A DNA stretch of 64,000 nucleotides from Callorhinchus milii (lineage: Eukaryota). This document shows positions 13,297 through 26,004 of the stretch, one piece after another. The notes under the pieces are model-generated. The model did no database searches and was not told the origin of the DNA. It saw only the letters and a list, made by a program, of their open reading frames with translations. How positions within the stretch are numbered: the first letter of the stretch is position 1; every line of letters starts with the position of its first letter. The translations under genes were made by a program, and so were the position numbers. The DNA is taken from assembly GCF_018977255.1 (NCBI RefSeq), contig NW_024704742.1, positions 29,016,001 to 29,080,000 on the forward strand, written 5' to 3'.

Positions 13297-13623
13297 TAAT
13301 AATAATAATAATAATCCTTGCATTTGATATAGCGCTTTTCATGCCGGGAGGACGTCCCAAAGCGCTTCACAGAACACACTGTAAAGTGAATTGACGGTAT
13401 ATTTGTGGGCGAACGCGGCAGCCAATTGCGCACAGCAATGTCCACAAACAATCGTAGATTGAAAATGACCTATTTTTTATTTTTGTTTTTGGTTTTTGGA
13501 GGGATTATTATTAGGCGTGTGGAGTAAGGAAACTTTCCCAAGGTTTCGCCCTCTGCCTGGAATTGAACTCAGGTCTCTAGCTTGCAAAGCGAGTGCTCTA
13601 ACCACTGAGCTACAGGACTCCAC
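13297..13623 (-). mobile_element. Full-length young tRNA-Ala-derived SINE (short variant)
   Basis: Reverse complement closely matches 15034-15353: A/B-box head, Deu segment, L2-type tail, (ATT)n. Confidence 0.9.
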
Positions 13624-14509
13624 GAATATATGCTTGTGTGACTCCTTGGTATTGTGGATCTATGCACCTGCGATTCTTATGCTATAGTGAATGCATACAT
13701 AGTGTTTGAATGGTATAACAGCTGCATAAACCTTGGTTTTAGTAGTGTAGTAAATATGTATATATATATATATATGTGTGTGTGTATTTCTATTGGTTTA
13801 GTGGCTGTACATAGCTATATTTCTTGAATACATATAATTTATCTCAGCCATAATATCTGGTGATATAAAAACAACAAATTACATTTGTTTAGTGCCTTTC
13901 ACGTCGGGAGGACATTCCAAGGCGCTGATGAATAGCGATGAGTATTCATTAAGGAAAGAATCAGAAGGACTTTCATCAGAGTCATTAGAAACCAGTTACA
14001 CTTTTGAGAACATAGGAATATCTAGCATTTCCAATGTTTTTCCAATTAAACTTTAAACAAACATTACGAGTATGAGTTATATTTTATGACTGATTACTTT
14101 TGCGGATGAAACATAATTTGCTTGATTCAGCTCATGCTCCCAAGTTCTGCTGTTGCCATAAAGGCACATTTTCTAACCTGACATTTAATCCATTGATACA
14201 AATCACTTCAGAGACCCATTGTTCCTCTGCTGTATGATTGTTTCTCTTGTGTGGGTTCAAGGCAGTTAACACAGCATCACTCATAGTGGAACAGTGCAGT
14301 CCTATTAAATGCTAACTTTGTGACTTGTTCAACATTTATTCAATACCTGAAAATATTTCTAATTATCTGATTGGCTACCTTCCACTCAATGAGTAGTTTA
14401 ATGGTACTGACAGCTGAAGAGGAGGTACTGGAGTCTGAGACTTCAGCCCGTGCTGTTGCATACAAAATACTCCTTCACTATATACTGAGGGAAACCTGTG
14501 TGCTGCGGG

Positions 14510-14785
14510 AATAACAATCCTTCCATTTCATAGTGCCTGTAACATTGAGAATGTGTCAAAGCACTTCACAAAGTCTCTGTGACGTGCAGTGATCGTGTAT
14601 TTGTGAGTGAACACGGACACCAATTTGCAAACAGCAAAGTCCCACAAACAGTCATGAGTCATGAGGTGAATGACCAAATTTATCTGGAAGATTGTGGCCC
14701 AAGACACTAGGAGAAGTTTCTTTCTCTTTTCAAATAGTACTTTGTGAGCTTTAACATCTATCCAAACAGGGAGAGGGCCTTGAGG
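14510..14785 (-). mobile_element. Old DeuSINE, 3' two-thirds
   Basis: caatttgcaaacagcaaagtcccacaaacag and tttaacatctatccaaacag motifs. Confidence 0.65.
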
Positions 14786-15033
14786 TCACTTCTCACAAGG
14801 TCATAGGATTGTTTTGGATGAATAAGACTCTTTGGCAATTTGATCTCATCCTTTCAGAATTCCGACTCTACTAGTTGTTTTTTAAATGTTTCAGTAACCT
14901 AGCCTCAACTATCATTCCTATCAATCTGTTATCAAGCTGACATTCCAAGACACTACCCTGTGTTAAGAGCACTATATAAATGCAAGTTTGTGTTGTTGTC
15001 AAACAGATTAATATAAAAGAGAATTAGAGAATT

Positions 15034-15353
15034 GTGGAGTCCTGTAGCTCAGTGGTTAGAGCACTCGCTTTGCAAGCTAGAGACCTGAGTTCAATTCCAG
15101 GCAGGGCAAAACCTTGGGCAAGTTTCCTTACTCCACACAGAGCCTGATAATAATCCCTCCAAAACAAAACAGTAATAAATTGGTCATTTTCAATCTATGA
15201 CTGTTTGTGGGACATTGCTGTGTACAATTGGCTGCCGCGTTCGCCCACAAATATACGGTCAATTCACTTTACAGTCTATTCTGTGAAGCGCTTTGAGACG
15301 TCTAGAAGAAGTGAAAAGCGCTATATCAAATGCAAGGATTATTATTATTATTA
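15034..15353 (+). mobile_element. Full-length young tRNA-Ala-derived SINE (short variant)
   Basis: Head gtcctgTAGCTCAGTGGttagagcactcgcttTGCaagc...GAGTTCAATTCC (A box, TGC anticodon, B box), then ccttgggcaagtt, Deu motif, hairpin tail and (ATT)n. Confidence 0.9.
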
Positions 15354-15512
15354 GATAGATGCGTGAAGAAAAGGCACATTAAAAGGCTATGGGGAATGAG
15401 AAACAGTGTAGGATTAGATTAGGTAATCATCTTTCCAGTCTGAAAATGATTGGAAAATTGAAAGTGAGCCTGGGTGGGATGATGTGCTAAAACACCAACT
15501 AACCCTTCGATT

Positions 15513-18500
15513 TTTTTAAAAAAACAGCAACAACAACGATGGCCTGGCAGCCGCTGCCACTGCCATCCTGGCCATGACCTGGGAGGCTGAGCCTGAGGGC
15601 TGATGCCACCCCGCTGATCGCTCGCTCCCGGTCTCTGCATGCGCGTTTTGGTTGCCGCCCTGACCCCAGCCGCACCCTCCACTCCAAATGTCTCTCCTCC
15701 CGTCCCCCTCTATGTCTCTCCTCCCAACCCCCTCTATCCGCTAATCCCCCTCTGTCCTTCTCTTCCACCGCCCTCCCTGCCTTCTCTCTCTCCTCGACCC
15801 CATCACCACTTCCCTCAGCTCCAGCCTGGGCATCCTCTGCCGGGCCCATCATGGCTCCCAGCACTGACTGTCCCAGAGCAGCAATCCCACGTGTCCCATC
15901 ACTCACTCCCTCCGCTCAAACCACCTCCTTAAGGCAAACCCAAGTCCCCCTTCCCTCATACGTAGCCTCCCCAACTCTCCACTCACACCACTCTCCACAA
16001 CCATCTCTCCTGTACAACCCCATATCCTCTCCGCACCACTCTCTCCTCCCCTCCCTCCAGCAAACCCACCCGCATTTCCCTCCAAATGTCCGTTCCCTTT
16101 CAAATAAAATAAAGCCCTCACCATCCACGACCTCATCCTTGGGCTCACCAAAACCTGGCTCTCCCCCAATGACCCCGTCCCCCTGGTGGACCTCCCCTCC
16201 AGGCTACATATTCCACCACACCCGCTGTCCAAACCAACATGGCGGCAGAGTCGCCTTCATTTCCAAAGCTTCCCTTGGTCTTAACCCCTACTCCTCTGGC
16301 TGCTTCCCCTCCTTCGAGCACCTCACGCTCTTCCACCCCTCTCTTCCATTGAAAATCCTCCTTGTCTACTGCCCCCCCTAAGCCCCCCGGCTCCTTCCAC
16401 ACAGACATCTCTACCTTCCTCTCTTCCCTGCCCTATGCTCTGAGCGCCTGCTCATAATGGGCGATTTCAACCTCCACCTAAACTCCCCTTGCACCACTTC
16501 TGCCGATTTCACTGCCCTCCTCTCCTCCCTAAACCTTACCCTTCACATAAATTCACGCACCCACAACCTTGTTCATGCACGTGACCTCGTTATCACCCAT
16601 GGCCTTGACATTTCCGACCTCAGCATAGTGGACAAGACCATTTCGGACCACTTTTTCATCTCCTTCTCCTCTCACATCCCCCTCTCCTCCACCAAGCCCT
16701 CAATCATCCTCTACCGCCCTTGGAAAAGGCTACTCCCTGAGACCCTCACAAAGGCCTTCTCATCATCAAACATCCTATCCCTCTGGCCTTCCACCCACGG
16801 AGATCCTGAAGCAGCCGTCCAGCTGCTCCATGATCGCTTCTCTTCCACCTTCAACTCCCTCGTCCCCCTGAAATCCAGGATCATCTTCAAACCCACCCGA
16901 TCGCCCTGGTAGAACAACCATCTCCGCCGCCAAAAAACCCAAACCCATCTGCTCGAGCGCAGATGACGGAAAACTGACGTGATAGTTCACCGCCATCTGT
17001 GGCTCGAGTATCTCCACAGTTACCTTCGTTCTTTGACAGGCGCAAAAATGGCCTTCTACTCCAACATCATCTTGAAGGCTAAACACAACCCTAAAATCCT
17101 TTTTTCCACCACCCACTACCTCCTCCGTGCCCCACCTCAGGTCTCCTCAATCTTCGTATCAAATGCCAAGTGCGAGGAGGTCATGAACTTCTTTTCATCT
17201 AAAATACTTAACATCCGCCAGGCAGCCTCATCCTCCTGCCTCTTGTCACCCACCACCACACCCTCTCTGTCCCCCTCACCTTCCCCATCATCTGCTCCTA
17301 CCACCATCCCCATTCTACATTCCTTCCTCCCCATCTCTCCCTCCTCCCTCTCACCCACCATCACCTCCATAAAACCCACCGCCTGCTGCCTCGACCCCCT
17401 GCCCACCAACTTACTGGTCACCCAGCTCCCCCTCCTCTGCCCACTACTGGTTGACGTCATCAACTAGTCCCTCTCCTCCGGAACAGTTCCTGCCTCCCAC
17501 AAAACTGCTGTCATCACCCCCCTCCTGAAAAAACCCTCCCTGGATCCCTCAAACCCCAGCCACTACCGCCCTATTTCTAACCTGCCCTTCCTCTCAAAAA
17601 TTCTAGAACGCGTTGTTGCCAACCAACTTCGCGCACTCCTCTCCTCCCACTCTCTCTTCAAACCCCTCCAGTCCGGTTTCTGCGCTGCCCACAGTACAGA
17701 GACTGCGCTTGTGAAAGTCACAAATGACATCCTCTCTATCTATGACCAGGGCTCCCTCTGCCTCCTTGTCCTCCTGGACTTCTCCGCCTGGTTCGACACA
17801 GTCGATCACGCCATCCTCCTCCACCACCTTTCCTCCGTCATCCACCTCAGTGGGGCCGCACTCGCCTGGTTCGAGTCCTACCTCACAAACCGCCAGCAGT
17901 ACATCTGCACAAACGGCTTCTCCTCCCGCTCTCACCCGGTCACCTGTGGGGTACCCCAAGGATCCATCCTTGGCCCCCTCCTCTTTCTTATCTACATGCT
18001 CCCTCTTGGGGATGTCATCCGCAGACATGGGGTACACTTCCACATGTATGCAGACGACACCCAACTCTATTTTTCCACCTCTTTTTGCGACCCCCAGTCC
18101 CCTGATGTTCTATCTGCCTGCCTGCCAGATCTCAGGGGCTGAATGAGCGCAAACTTCCTTCAGCTGAACGTTGACAAGACGGAAGCCATACCCTTTGGCT
18201 CTCATCAACATCTAAAATCTCACGGCTCTCACCTCGTCCACATACCCGACCTCCCCCTAAAACTCTCCGAACCCGTACGCAACCTAGGCATCAGGTTCGA
18301 CCCCCAATTATCCTTCCTCCCCCACATCCGGTCTCTCACCAGCACCACCTTCTTCCACCTCCGATGCATCGCTCGTCTCCACCAATACCTCTCCCCAAAA
18401 GCCGCTGAAACCCTGGTCCATGCCTTTGTCACCTCTCGGCTGGACTACTCTAACGCTCTCCTCGAGAGTCTCCCATCCACTACCATCCATAAAATCCAAA

Positions 18501-18984
18501 TCATTCAGAACTCTGCCGCTCGCATTCTCACCCGCATGAAACTTCGCTCCCCAATCACCCCAGTCCTTGCCAGACTGCACTCGCTGTCTGTCCCAGCGAG
18601 GATCGATTTCAAGTTCCTCACTCTTGTGTTCAAGTCCCTGCACTCGTCTGCACCCCCCTACCTCTCTGACCTCCTCTCTCCTCAAAACAGTACCCGTTGC
18701 CTTCGCTCCTCCAGGTCTGACCTCCTTCTTGTCCCCCGAGTCCTCTGCTCCACCCTCGGCGGCCGTGCCTTCAGCCACTATGCCCCGAGGCTCTGGAACT
18801 GCCTCACATGTCGCTCCCTCCCTTCCCATTTTCAGGTCTCTGCTGGAGACCTTTCTTTTCGACCGCGCCTTTGGTCACCTTCCTCCCCCTCCCCATGGCT
18901 CGGTTCCGGGATCCGTTACTGTGAAGCGCTCTGAGACGCCGTCCAGCGTGGAGGGGGGTTTATAAATCCAAGTTGTTGTTGTTG
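15513..18984 (+). mobile_element. L2-clade LINE, apparently full length, inactivated; in slc7a11 intron 11
   Basis: APE endonuclease motifs (NVRSL, GLTKTWL, VYCPP, MGDFN, SDH), RT motifs (YRPISNLPFLSK, GVPQGSILGP, YADDTQ), (GTT)n tail; 13-bp TSD taacccttcgatt (15500-15512) / taacctttcgatt (18985-18997); several stops and frameshifts. Confidence 0.95.
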
Positions 18985-19119
18985 TAACCTTTCGATTCAA
19001 GAACATGTTTGCCAGCAAATAGAAAACTCATAGGACACAGAGGATAGTGAATACAGAATATGATTTACAATATACATGTGAGGAGAATGTCATAGCTAAA
19101 ATTAAACAGTGAGCTCTGA

Positions 19120-19328
19120 GGACCTGGGTCTTAAGTTGCTCTATTATTAGTATTTTATAGGATCCAGAAGTTGGTAAATTCTTAAATACAGTCTTAATTT
19201 TACAAATCCTTTTAAGAACTACAGAAAACCAACAGATAAGTTTGAATTCAATAATTTACCAATTTCTGCACACTCTGGGTTGTTCTGCATGAAATGTTAA
19301 GTAAATAAAGTAGAATAGACCCAAGTCC
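19120..19328. mobile_element. Palindromic MITE-like element
   Basis: ggacctgggtct...agacccaagtcc ends; internal cagaagttggtaaattcttaaatacagtctta pairs with taagtttgaattcaataatttaccaatttctg. Confidence 0.65.
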
Positions 19329-20010
19329 AATTTCCCTCTCTTAAAGTCCTTTCACTAATGTAGTGTAATGTATAGCTAACAGTTCAGCATGCAACAAATC
19401 GTTTTACAGTGTGTGCAATTTGTCCTTGTGGTCCCTCAGTGTGGATCTAAGTGTCATCCTAGCTCAGTTGGTATCACTCTTGTCTCTGAATCAGAAGGCT
19501 GTGGTACAAGCCCCAACATGTGGGATGTATGTGCGTGTGCACATGCATAATGTTCTCAACTGACAGACCAAGACCTTGTGCAAACCACTGAGTTATTCCA
19601 ATTCAGATTATGTTTCATTATCTCTTCAACTGGGAGCTCGTCCCTACCAACAATCACTGGGTGGAAAGTGGGAGATGGAAGTACCATGCTGGTGCAGCCG
19701 GTCAGTGTTCAGATCAGTTTTAAAGGTCACAAAAAGGACAACATTTTGGATCTGATGCGCAGTGTGACTGATCAAGGATGCATGGTTTTTTGATGGAAAA
19801 TACGAATGTTCCTTTCTTTAACCTTATCATTTTCCTACTTTGATGACAACAGATACACAAAGTAGCAAAATTGATCCATTTGAATTATTAGTTGATATCT
19901 GTTACATTCAAAAGGTACAATATTGGCAAAGGTTGGTCGAAAGATTACCCAATTGTTAGACTCCTAGGAATAACAGTTCATTGATTTCACCTTTCATTTT
20001 CCTCTTACAG

Positions 20011-20075
20011 CAAGGGTCACCAGAGCATTACAGATCCTTCTGGAGGTAATGCCACCAGAAAATCATGAAGACTAA
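20011..20075 (+). CDS. slc7a11: xCT terminal coding exon (human exon 12 equivalent) with TAA stop
   Basis: Long pyrimidine tract cctttcattttcctcttacAG; phase 1 matches exon 11; (A)RVTRALQILLEVMPPENHED* versus human EKITRTLQIILEVVPEEDKL. Confidence 0.9.
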
Positions 20076-20363
20076 ATGCATCTGCAGATAGGGCTGGTTC
20101 CTGACTGTCAGAAGAACTGTGACACTGACACGATCGGCAACTGACCAAATGTGGGACTGCCATTGCAGGCTTACTGCACAATATTTCTCTCCATCACTTA
20201 GTAAATAATAATACTGGATCAGACTACGTGTTTACTCCTTTCTGTGTAAGTAATGCACTTAGTCCTTATCATGATGAGCTGGAGGATTGTATTTATTACT
20301 GTAAGGAACAATTATTTTCTAAAAATATATGCAAATGTACAGATTCATCATATTTCTGGAAGC

Positions 20364-20369
20364 AATAAA
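20364..20369 (+). promoter_or_regulatory. Candidate polyadenylation signal of slc7a11
   Basis: First AATAAA after the stop codon, inside an AT-rich repeat-free stretch (20076 to about 20630). Confidence 0.5.
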
Positions 20370-20649
20370 CTATTGAATTGATTTGTATATAATGTAATGC
20401 AGTTGTTATAAATGTACAACTGCAACTTATTTTTCTGCTTGTAGATCTTGTAAACAAAATTGGATGTATTATGTCCTAAATAGTGAATTTGTTTACTGTG
20501 ACCAAAGATTTTCTACTCCATTCAGTGCATTTCTACAAATATGTTCAGGTTGTGAATTACTCGAATACAATTTTAACTTATAAATAACATTATATTACAA
20601 ATGTAGAATTCCATTCTACTTTTTTAAATTAGCCAAGTTCCTGTGATGA

Positions 20650-20935
20650 CTCAACAAGTTTATCCAGTTCAGAACTGAACCATTAAGACCAGAAAGGTCC
20701 CAGATTTAATTCACTGCCTGTGCTAAAGTAACTGATCTCAGCTGGGGTGGCAGCATGGCAGCAGATGTGGCAAACAGTACAGCTCACTGTCCTGAGTGAG
20801 GGAGAGGGAATATCTCGTAACTGCCATCTGGCAAGCCCTTGCTGTGAATTTCCAATGAGGGCAGGATTGGATTCAACAGTGATGTCCCCAAGACCAGAGA
20901 GCCTGATTGTTCTTACCGTCAGGACTTTCACACTG
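20650..20935 (+). mobile_element. Old SINE-like repeat, second family
   Basis: gaccagaaaggtcccag...ctgatctcagctggggtggcag...gagggcaggattgg; homologous to the 9540-9860 minus-strand copy. Confidence 0.5.
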
Positions 20936-21449
20936 TGATAAGGCGATAAATCCTGTCTCTGCTTTCTATGGGTATTGGTGCTCCATTTATTTATAAAGGA
21001 GCATGTTGGGAGGAGTGCGGGGGGATTTGTGACTCGTTTAAAAAAAAGGGGCCGCTAACAAGGGCTGGACTTCAATCAGGGTTGTTGGAAGTCCAGCTCT
21101 AATAATAATAATAATCCTTGCATTTGATCTAGTGCCTTATCACGTCTTCGAGACGTCTCAAAGCGCTTCACAGCATATCCTGTAAAGTGAATTGATTGTA
21201 TATTTTGTGGAGGGAAAGTGCTAATTGGGCTCCAGCATCCGGTTAATGATTGAGCACCAATGTATAGCTCTAGAGAAAGGAATGGGTAGTTTGGAAAAGA
21301 TGGTTGTAAAAAGCAATAGCTTCCTTACTTTTTGATGATAGAACCCTTGGTACATGTTTTGTTTTCCGGGCATGACTCAAGCCCCCCTACACACGTGAGG
21401 ATGCATAAAATAAATAATATTAATGACTATCCTCCTTAAGAAGGAAATT

Positions 21450-21797
21450 AAGGTCTGTAATCCATTTCCTGAGCTGGGTAGGCCTGCAGTATTCCAGATC
21501 ACTGGTGATGAAAGGGGTAAAACCATCACTAACTCAGGGATTTTTCCCACTCGGCTCATTTTAACCTTGCAAACTAGAGCCCTAATGGTGGGGCACTCCT
21601 AGCTGGATAAGCAGTGGGAGGCTTGGACAACAGTGCTTTCAATAGCACGCTCTGCAGGTTTGGTTGCTTAAACTTCAGCAGTACCCCAGAATACACTCTG
21701 GGGTCCCTAAGCCTTGGCTCTTGTCAAATCATTTAATGTTCTTTGGAATTAAGTAAGCAGGATTCATCCAGGGAGAGAGTATGCATTCCATTCCAGA
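21450..21797 (+). repeat. Unclassified multi-hairpin interspersed repeat, copy 1
   Basis: Shares blocks with 47820-48036 and 62631-63000 (gctggataagcag, aagcagg..ccagggagagagtRYgcattccattcc). Confidence 0.75.
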
Positions 21798-22831
21798 CAT
21801 GGGGAAGGCATTCAATGTTTAGGTGTCAGACGTCTGGCTGGCCAAAAAAAAACAAATAACAATCCTTCCATTTGATATAGTGCCTTATCACGTTGTTCAA
21901 ATGTCTCCAAGAATTTTACAGGATTTTATTGTGACTGTGTATTTATAGATGAACCATATCCTCCTACAGAAAGAAAAAAAAGTCGAAAACAATGAGATGT
22001 CAAAAATTTACATTTACATCGCAATTTGTAAGAATCCAATAAGATATTCGCTAAATTTACCCCGAACAAAGCAAAATAGGCTTGAACCCAATAACATATT
22101 TTTTACACAGAACACAAGTAGAGGAATAACTCTCATTGTTGCCATTTTGACAAAGACCTATTACGGATCGATTTTGGGTGTGCCTCATTTGACACAAGTA
22201 TATTTATTTCAGCACCTGCTGAGAGATTTATGATGACTGTCACGCCCACTATTTTTCTCTTCAGGGGAATTTTAAATAGCATAGGGAATTGTGAATAGCA
22301 GTTTTAACTAAAAAGTTACTTCAGATGGAACAATGATTATTTTGGAAGAAACTACAGTTTTTTTATGTCAGTGTCTTAAATGCAAACATTGGCATTGGAC
22401 GTTTGCTTCTCTATATATTTAGTTTGCATATGTCAGGGCAGCTGCGTTAGAAACAATATTAATGTGGACCAGATATCAACCCCGTCACATTGGCTATATC
22501 TCATTTGCTCACCATGTGGTTTTCTCTCAAGCTCTTTACTCACCATGGTCCTGTCATATTATTATTCTGTGCTGGCCTCATTCCGTTTCTGACTTGTCTG
22601 CCAGTAGCCTTTTCTATTACCATTCACTGAATGTGTTGACCTCTCCCTCATTGCACTTCCAATCAGCTTCTCTGGTTAGTTTTCCATAGTGTCTCCCAAT
22701 AAAACAAGAGAGATGTTAAACCCAGAATAGAAATGAAAACTAGTAATAGACAGGGAGATGCACAAATTTTAAACATAATGCATTAATGGCAGTAAACAAA
22801 CACAAAGAAAGAAAAGTTGACTTTTGTTGAC

Positions 22832-23742
22832 TCTTAAGCTAGGAAAAGTAATAAACAATGAGGAGGATAGTAGCAAACTGCAGATGGATATAGACAGACT
22901 GGTAAAATGGGCAAACACGTGGCAGATGAAGTTTAATGTGGAGAAATGCAAAGTGATGCATTTTAGGAGGAAGAATGAGAAGAAGCAATATAAGCTGATG
23001 GTACAATCTTAAAGGGGGTGAAGGAACAGCGAGACCTGGGGGTTCATATAAGTAAACCTTTGAAGGTGGCAGGACAGGTAGATAAAGCTGTTAAAAAAGC
23101 ATACGGGATACTAGGCTTTATAAATAGAGGCATAGAATACAAAAGTCAGGTGTAAAGGAGTTATGATGAACCTTTATAAAACACTGGTTAGGCCTCAGCT
23201 AGAGTACCATGTTCAGTTGTGAGCACCAAACTTTAGGAAGGATGTCAAGTCATTGGAGAGGGTGTAAAGGAGATTTACCAGGATGGTACCAGGAAAGAGG
23301 GACCTCAGTTATCAGGAGAGGCTAGAGAAGCTAGGATTATTATCCGTGGAGCAAAGAAGGTTAACAGGAGACTTAATAGAAGTTTTCAAAATTATGAGGG
23401 GATTCAATAGGGTGAATAAGGAGAAATTATTTTCACTGGCAGGTGGGTTGGTAACCTGAGGACCCCAATTTAAAATAGTTGTTAAAAGAAACAGAGGAGA
23501 GGTGAGGAGAAATTTTTTTGCACAGCAAGTTGTTCACACCTGGAATGCATTGCCTGAAAGGGTGGTGAAAGCCAATTCGATAAAAACTTTTAAGAGAGAA
23601 GTAGATAGTTATTTGGGAAGGTCAAGTTTGCAGGGCTATGGGAAGAGAGCGGGAGAGTGGGATTGAATTGGATAGCTCTTTTCAAAGAGCCGGCACAGAC
23701 ATGATGGGCCGGTTGGCTACATATTTCTATGATTCTATGATT
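22832..23742 (+). mobile_element. CR1 LINE, 5'-truncated
   Basis: KLGKVINNEEDSSKLQMDIDRLVKWANTWQMKFNVEKCKVMH, then CR1 3' UTR and (ttctatga)n tail. Confidence 0.92.
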
Positions 23743-26004
23743 GTCTCTACAGTTGTTTTTCACTCTAAAATGTGTAACGCATGTTGTTTGGATACAAGGC
23801 AGCACAGCATGGTATACGTAGGCAATGCCTGTGAATATGAGTTTTTGAGGGAGTGATTCAATAGCCCTGAGAAGCAGCTGAGAGCTGGTGTTGGACACAT
23901 GTACATTGCTAGGTACATGGATGGTGAAGGTGGCCAGAGCTTCCCTGAAAACATGTGCAGGGATGGATATCTGTGTTAGTGGTGAATACATCACATTGGG
24001 AAGATTCATCAGTGTGTTCATCTAGGTGAGCATAGATGATTTTTTTTGGTGTAATTATTGTAGTGATAATATCCGGTTGGTCTGTAAGAAAGAAATCTAT
24101 TTGAGAGCAACCTATATTGTTTTTTCTCTTCAACCATGCTTACAGTCACTTCCCCTCTCCCACCTGCTCGGCGTCAGGCTTTGCCACTGTTAAGCGCTTT
24201 GAGATGCTACACTGCATGAAGGTCGCAATACAAATGCAAATTGTTGTTCTGGTTGTTGTTGATAGGAGGTGCATATGTTACACTATAAGCTATAACAGTT
24301 GTACAAGGGATCTGACCGTCTACTCTCTTGTATCCCAGCACAAAGTGAGAAGTTTGAATTCCAAACAAATAGTATCTTGTTTTATATATGCATGACAATA
24401 TGATTGCGCGAGATTACATTTCAAGTTTTTCACTGTTGTTCATCGTAGAATTTACTGAACCTAAGGGTAGAATTATTTGCGTTTCTTCAAAGGAATAAAG
24501 CTTACCTCTTCAGCAATCCAGTTTGTTTAAGTGTCTTTTATGCTGTTAAAGTCTATACTCAACTGCTGGAGTACAAATAAACCTGGTTTTGAATGGATCA
24601 GTCTAGTGTTTGATTGGGATATCCAGAAATGTCTAAAATATAAACCAGATGCCTAGAGACTATTGAAAACAACAATCTGCTTTTTCCCAGCATTGCAGGT
24701 CCTGGTGCCATCTTAGTATTATGTCTTTATGCAGATGGTAATGAAGCTTCATCTGATCTTTTGACATCCTATGGTTCTGCGGTCTGCAATTGAATGTCAT
24801 AGACCCAATAGGCCTAATGTTTCAACTGGTCTTACAGACTAAGACTGGGTGGAACTCCAAACCTTAGGTGATTCAACTCTGGATAAGGAGTAATCTTCAG
24901 GAAAATAAAATATCAGATGATTTTTTTCAAATAGAAGATCCAGCGTTAAGAAAGACATAGAACAGAACACTGGAGAGTTATTTTGGGAGTGGTGTTGGGA
25001 GAATCTTGGATAGTTGCCAAGCTCTTGCCAGCCAATGTCGATGTGAGTGAAGATGGATTTTGTTCAGTTGCCTTTGCTTTTGAAACAGGAACAGCGCACA
25101 AAGCTATGAGTCTACAGGATGCCCACTTTACAGCATGATTCATTCGCACACAACACTTAGTATAAGATGTTGTTGGCTATTCCAGTCTGTGGATAATTGT
25201 GATTCACTGTGTCGGAATGGAGGAAAACTCTTGAATTCAATCATCCGAACTGTGCAATCTATTTCCCTGTGTTATTAAAATATTCTGGATGTACTTTGTG
25301 GGGAATGTAAAAGAAATCTTAGGTAAGAATGCAGGTGCAAGTCCTACTCAACCATATCAGTCACTTTAAATTCATGTTGATAGAACAAGGAGCTCCATCT
25401 GATGTCTTTAAATAATTCATTTGGTTTCATGCACAGATCCAGGACGTTTCCCAGTGTCCACTCATCCTGAGATAAATTCAGTCCAAGTACAATCAGTTCA
25501 GAAATTCAATGAATGCTTATTTATGTAAACATTGTCCTTCCCACTCGGTACAGATGTTTTACACTTATTAGTTGTGCATAATGAGATTAAATGCAAATTG
25601 TTGTTGAAACCTTATGAAGCTGGGAAAATAAACAATGGTAAGTGATCTAAAATATATGAATAAAATGAAAAACTTTCTTTAAAAATGATTTCAATGACGT
25701 GAATATTGTCGATATAAGGATGACTGTGAACGTTGTACTCAGGGTCATACTCCACCACTGTCAAGTGCTCCAGAACGCTACCCTGTGTGAAGGGCACTAC
25801 ATAAATTCAAGTTGTTATTGTTGTACTGGATGCACTCTCTCAATGACTGGAAGATGCTCTCAAGTAGCGAGTGAGTGTCAGGTAGCTGATTGCTCCAGGT
25901 ACCTAAACCCCTTTGAAGCTGGGTGAATTTTGCAGGATTACGAAATTCAATTGGGGTCGCCTTCAGGTAACTAGATATTAATCTGAATGGCCTTGCTCCC
26001 AAAG

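Noticed and set aside
15034-15110. tRNA-Ala(TGC) gene (also 13550-13623, 35410-35480, 59855-59925)
   Set aside because: Anticodon and T stems are mismatched, and each continues directly into a SINE body and tail; these are SINE heads.
15419-18829. Long Gly/Glu/Arg-rich ORFs antisense to the L2 copies (also 40563-42674 on +)
   Set aside because: Shadow frames of C-rich L2 sequence with no independent protein features.
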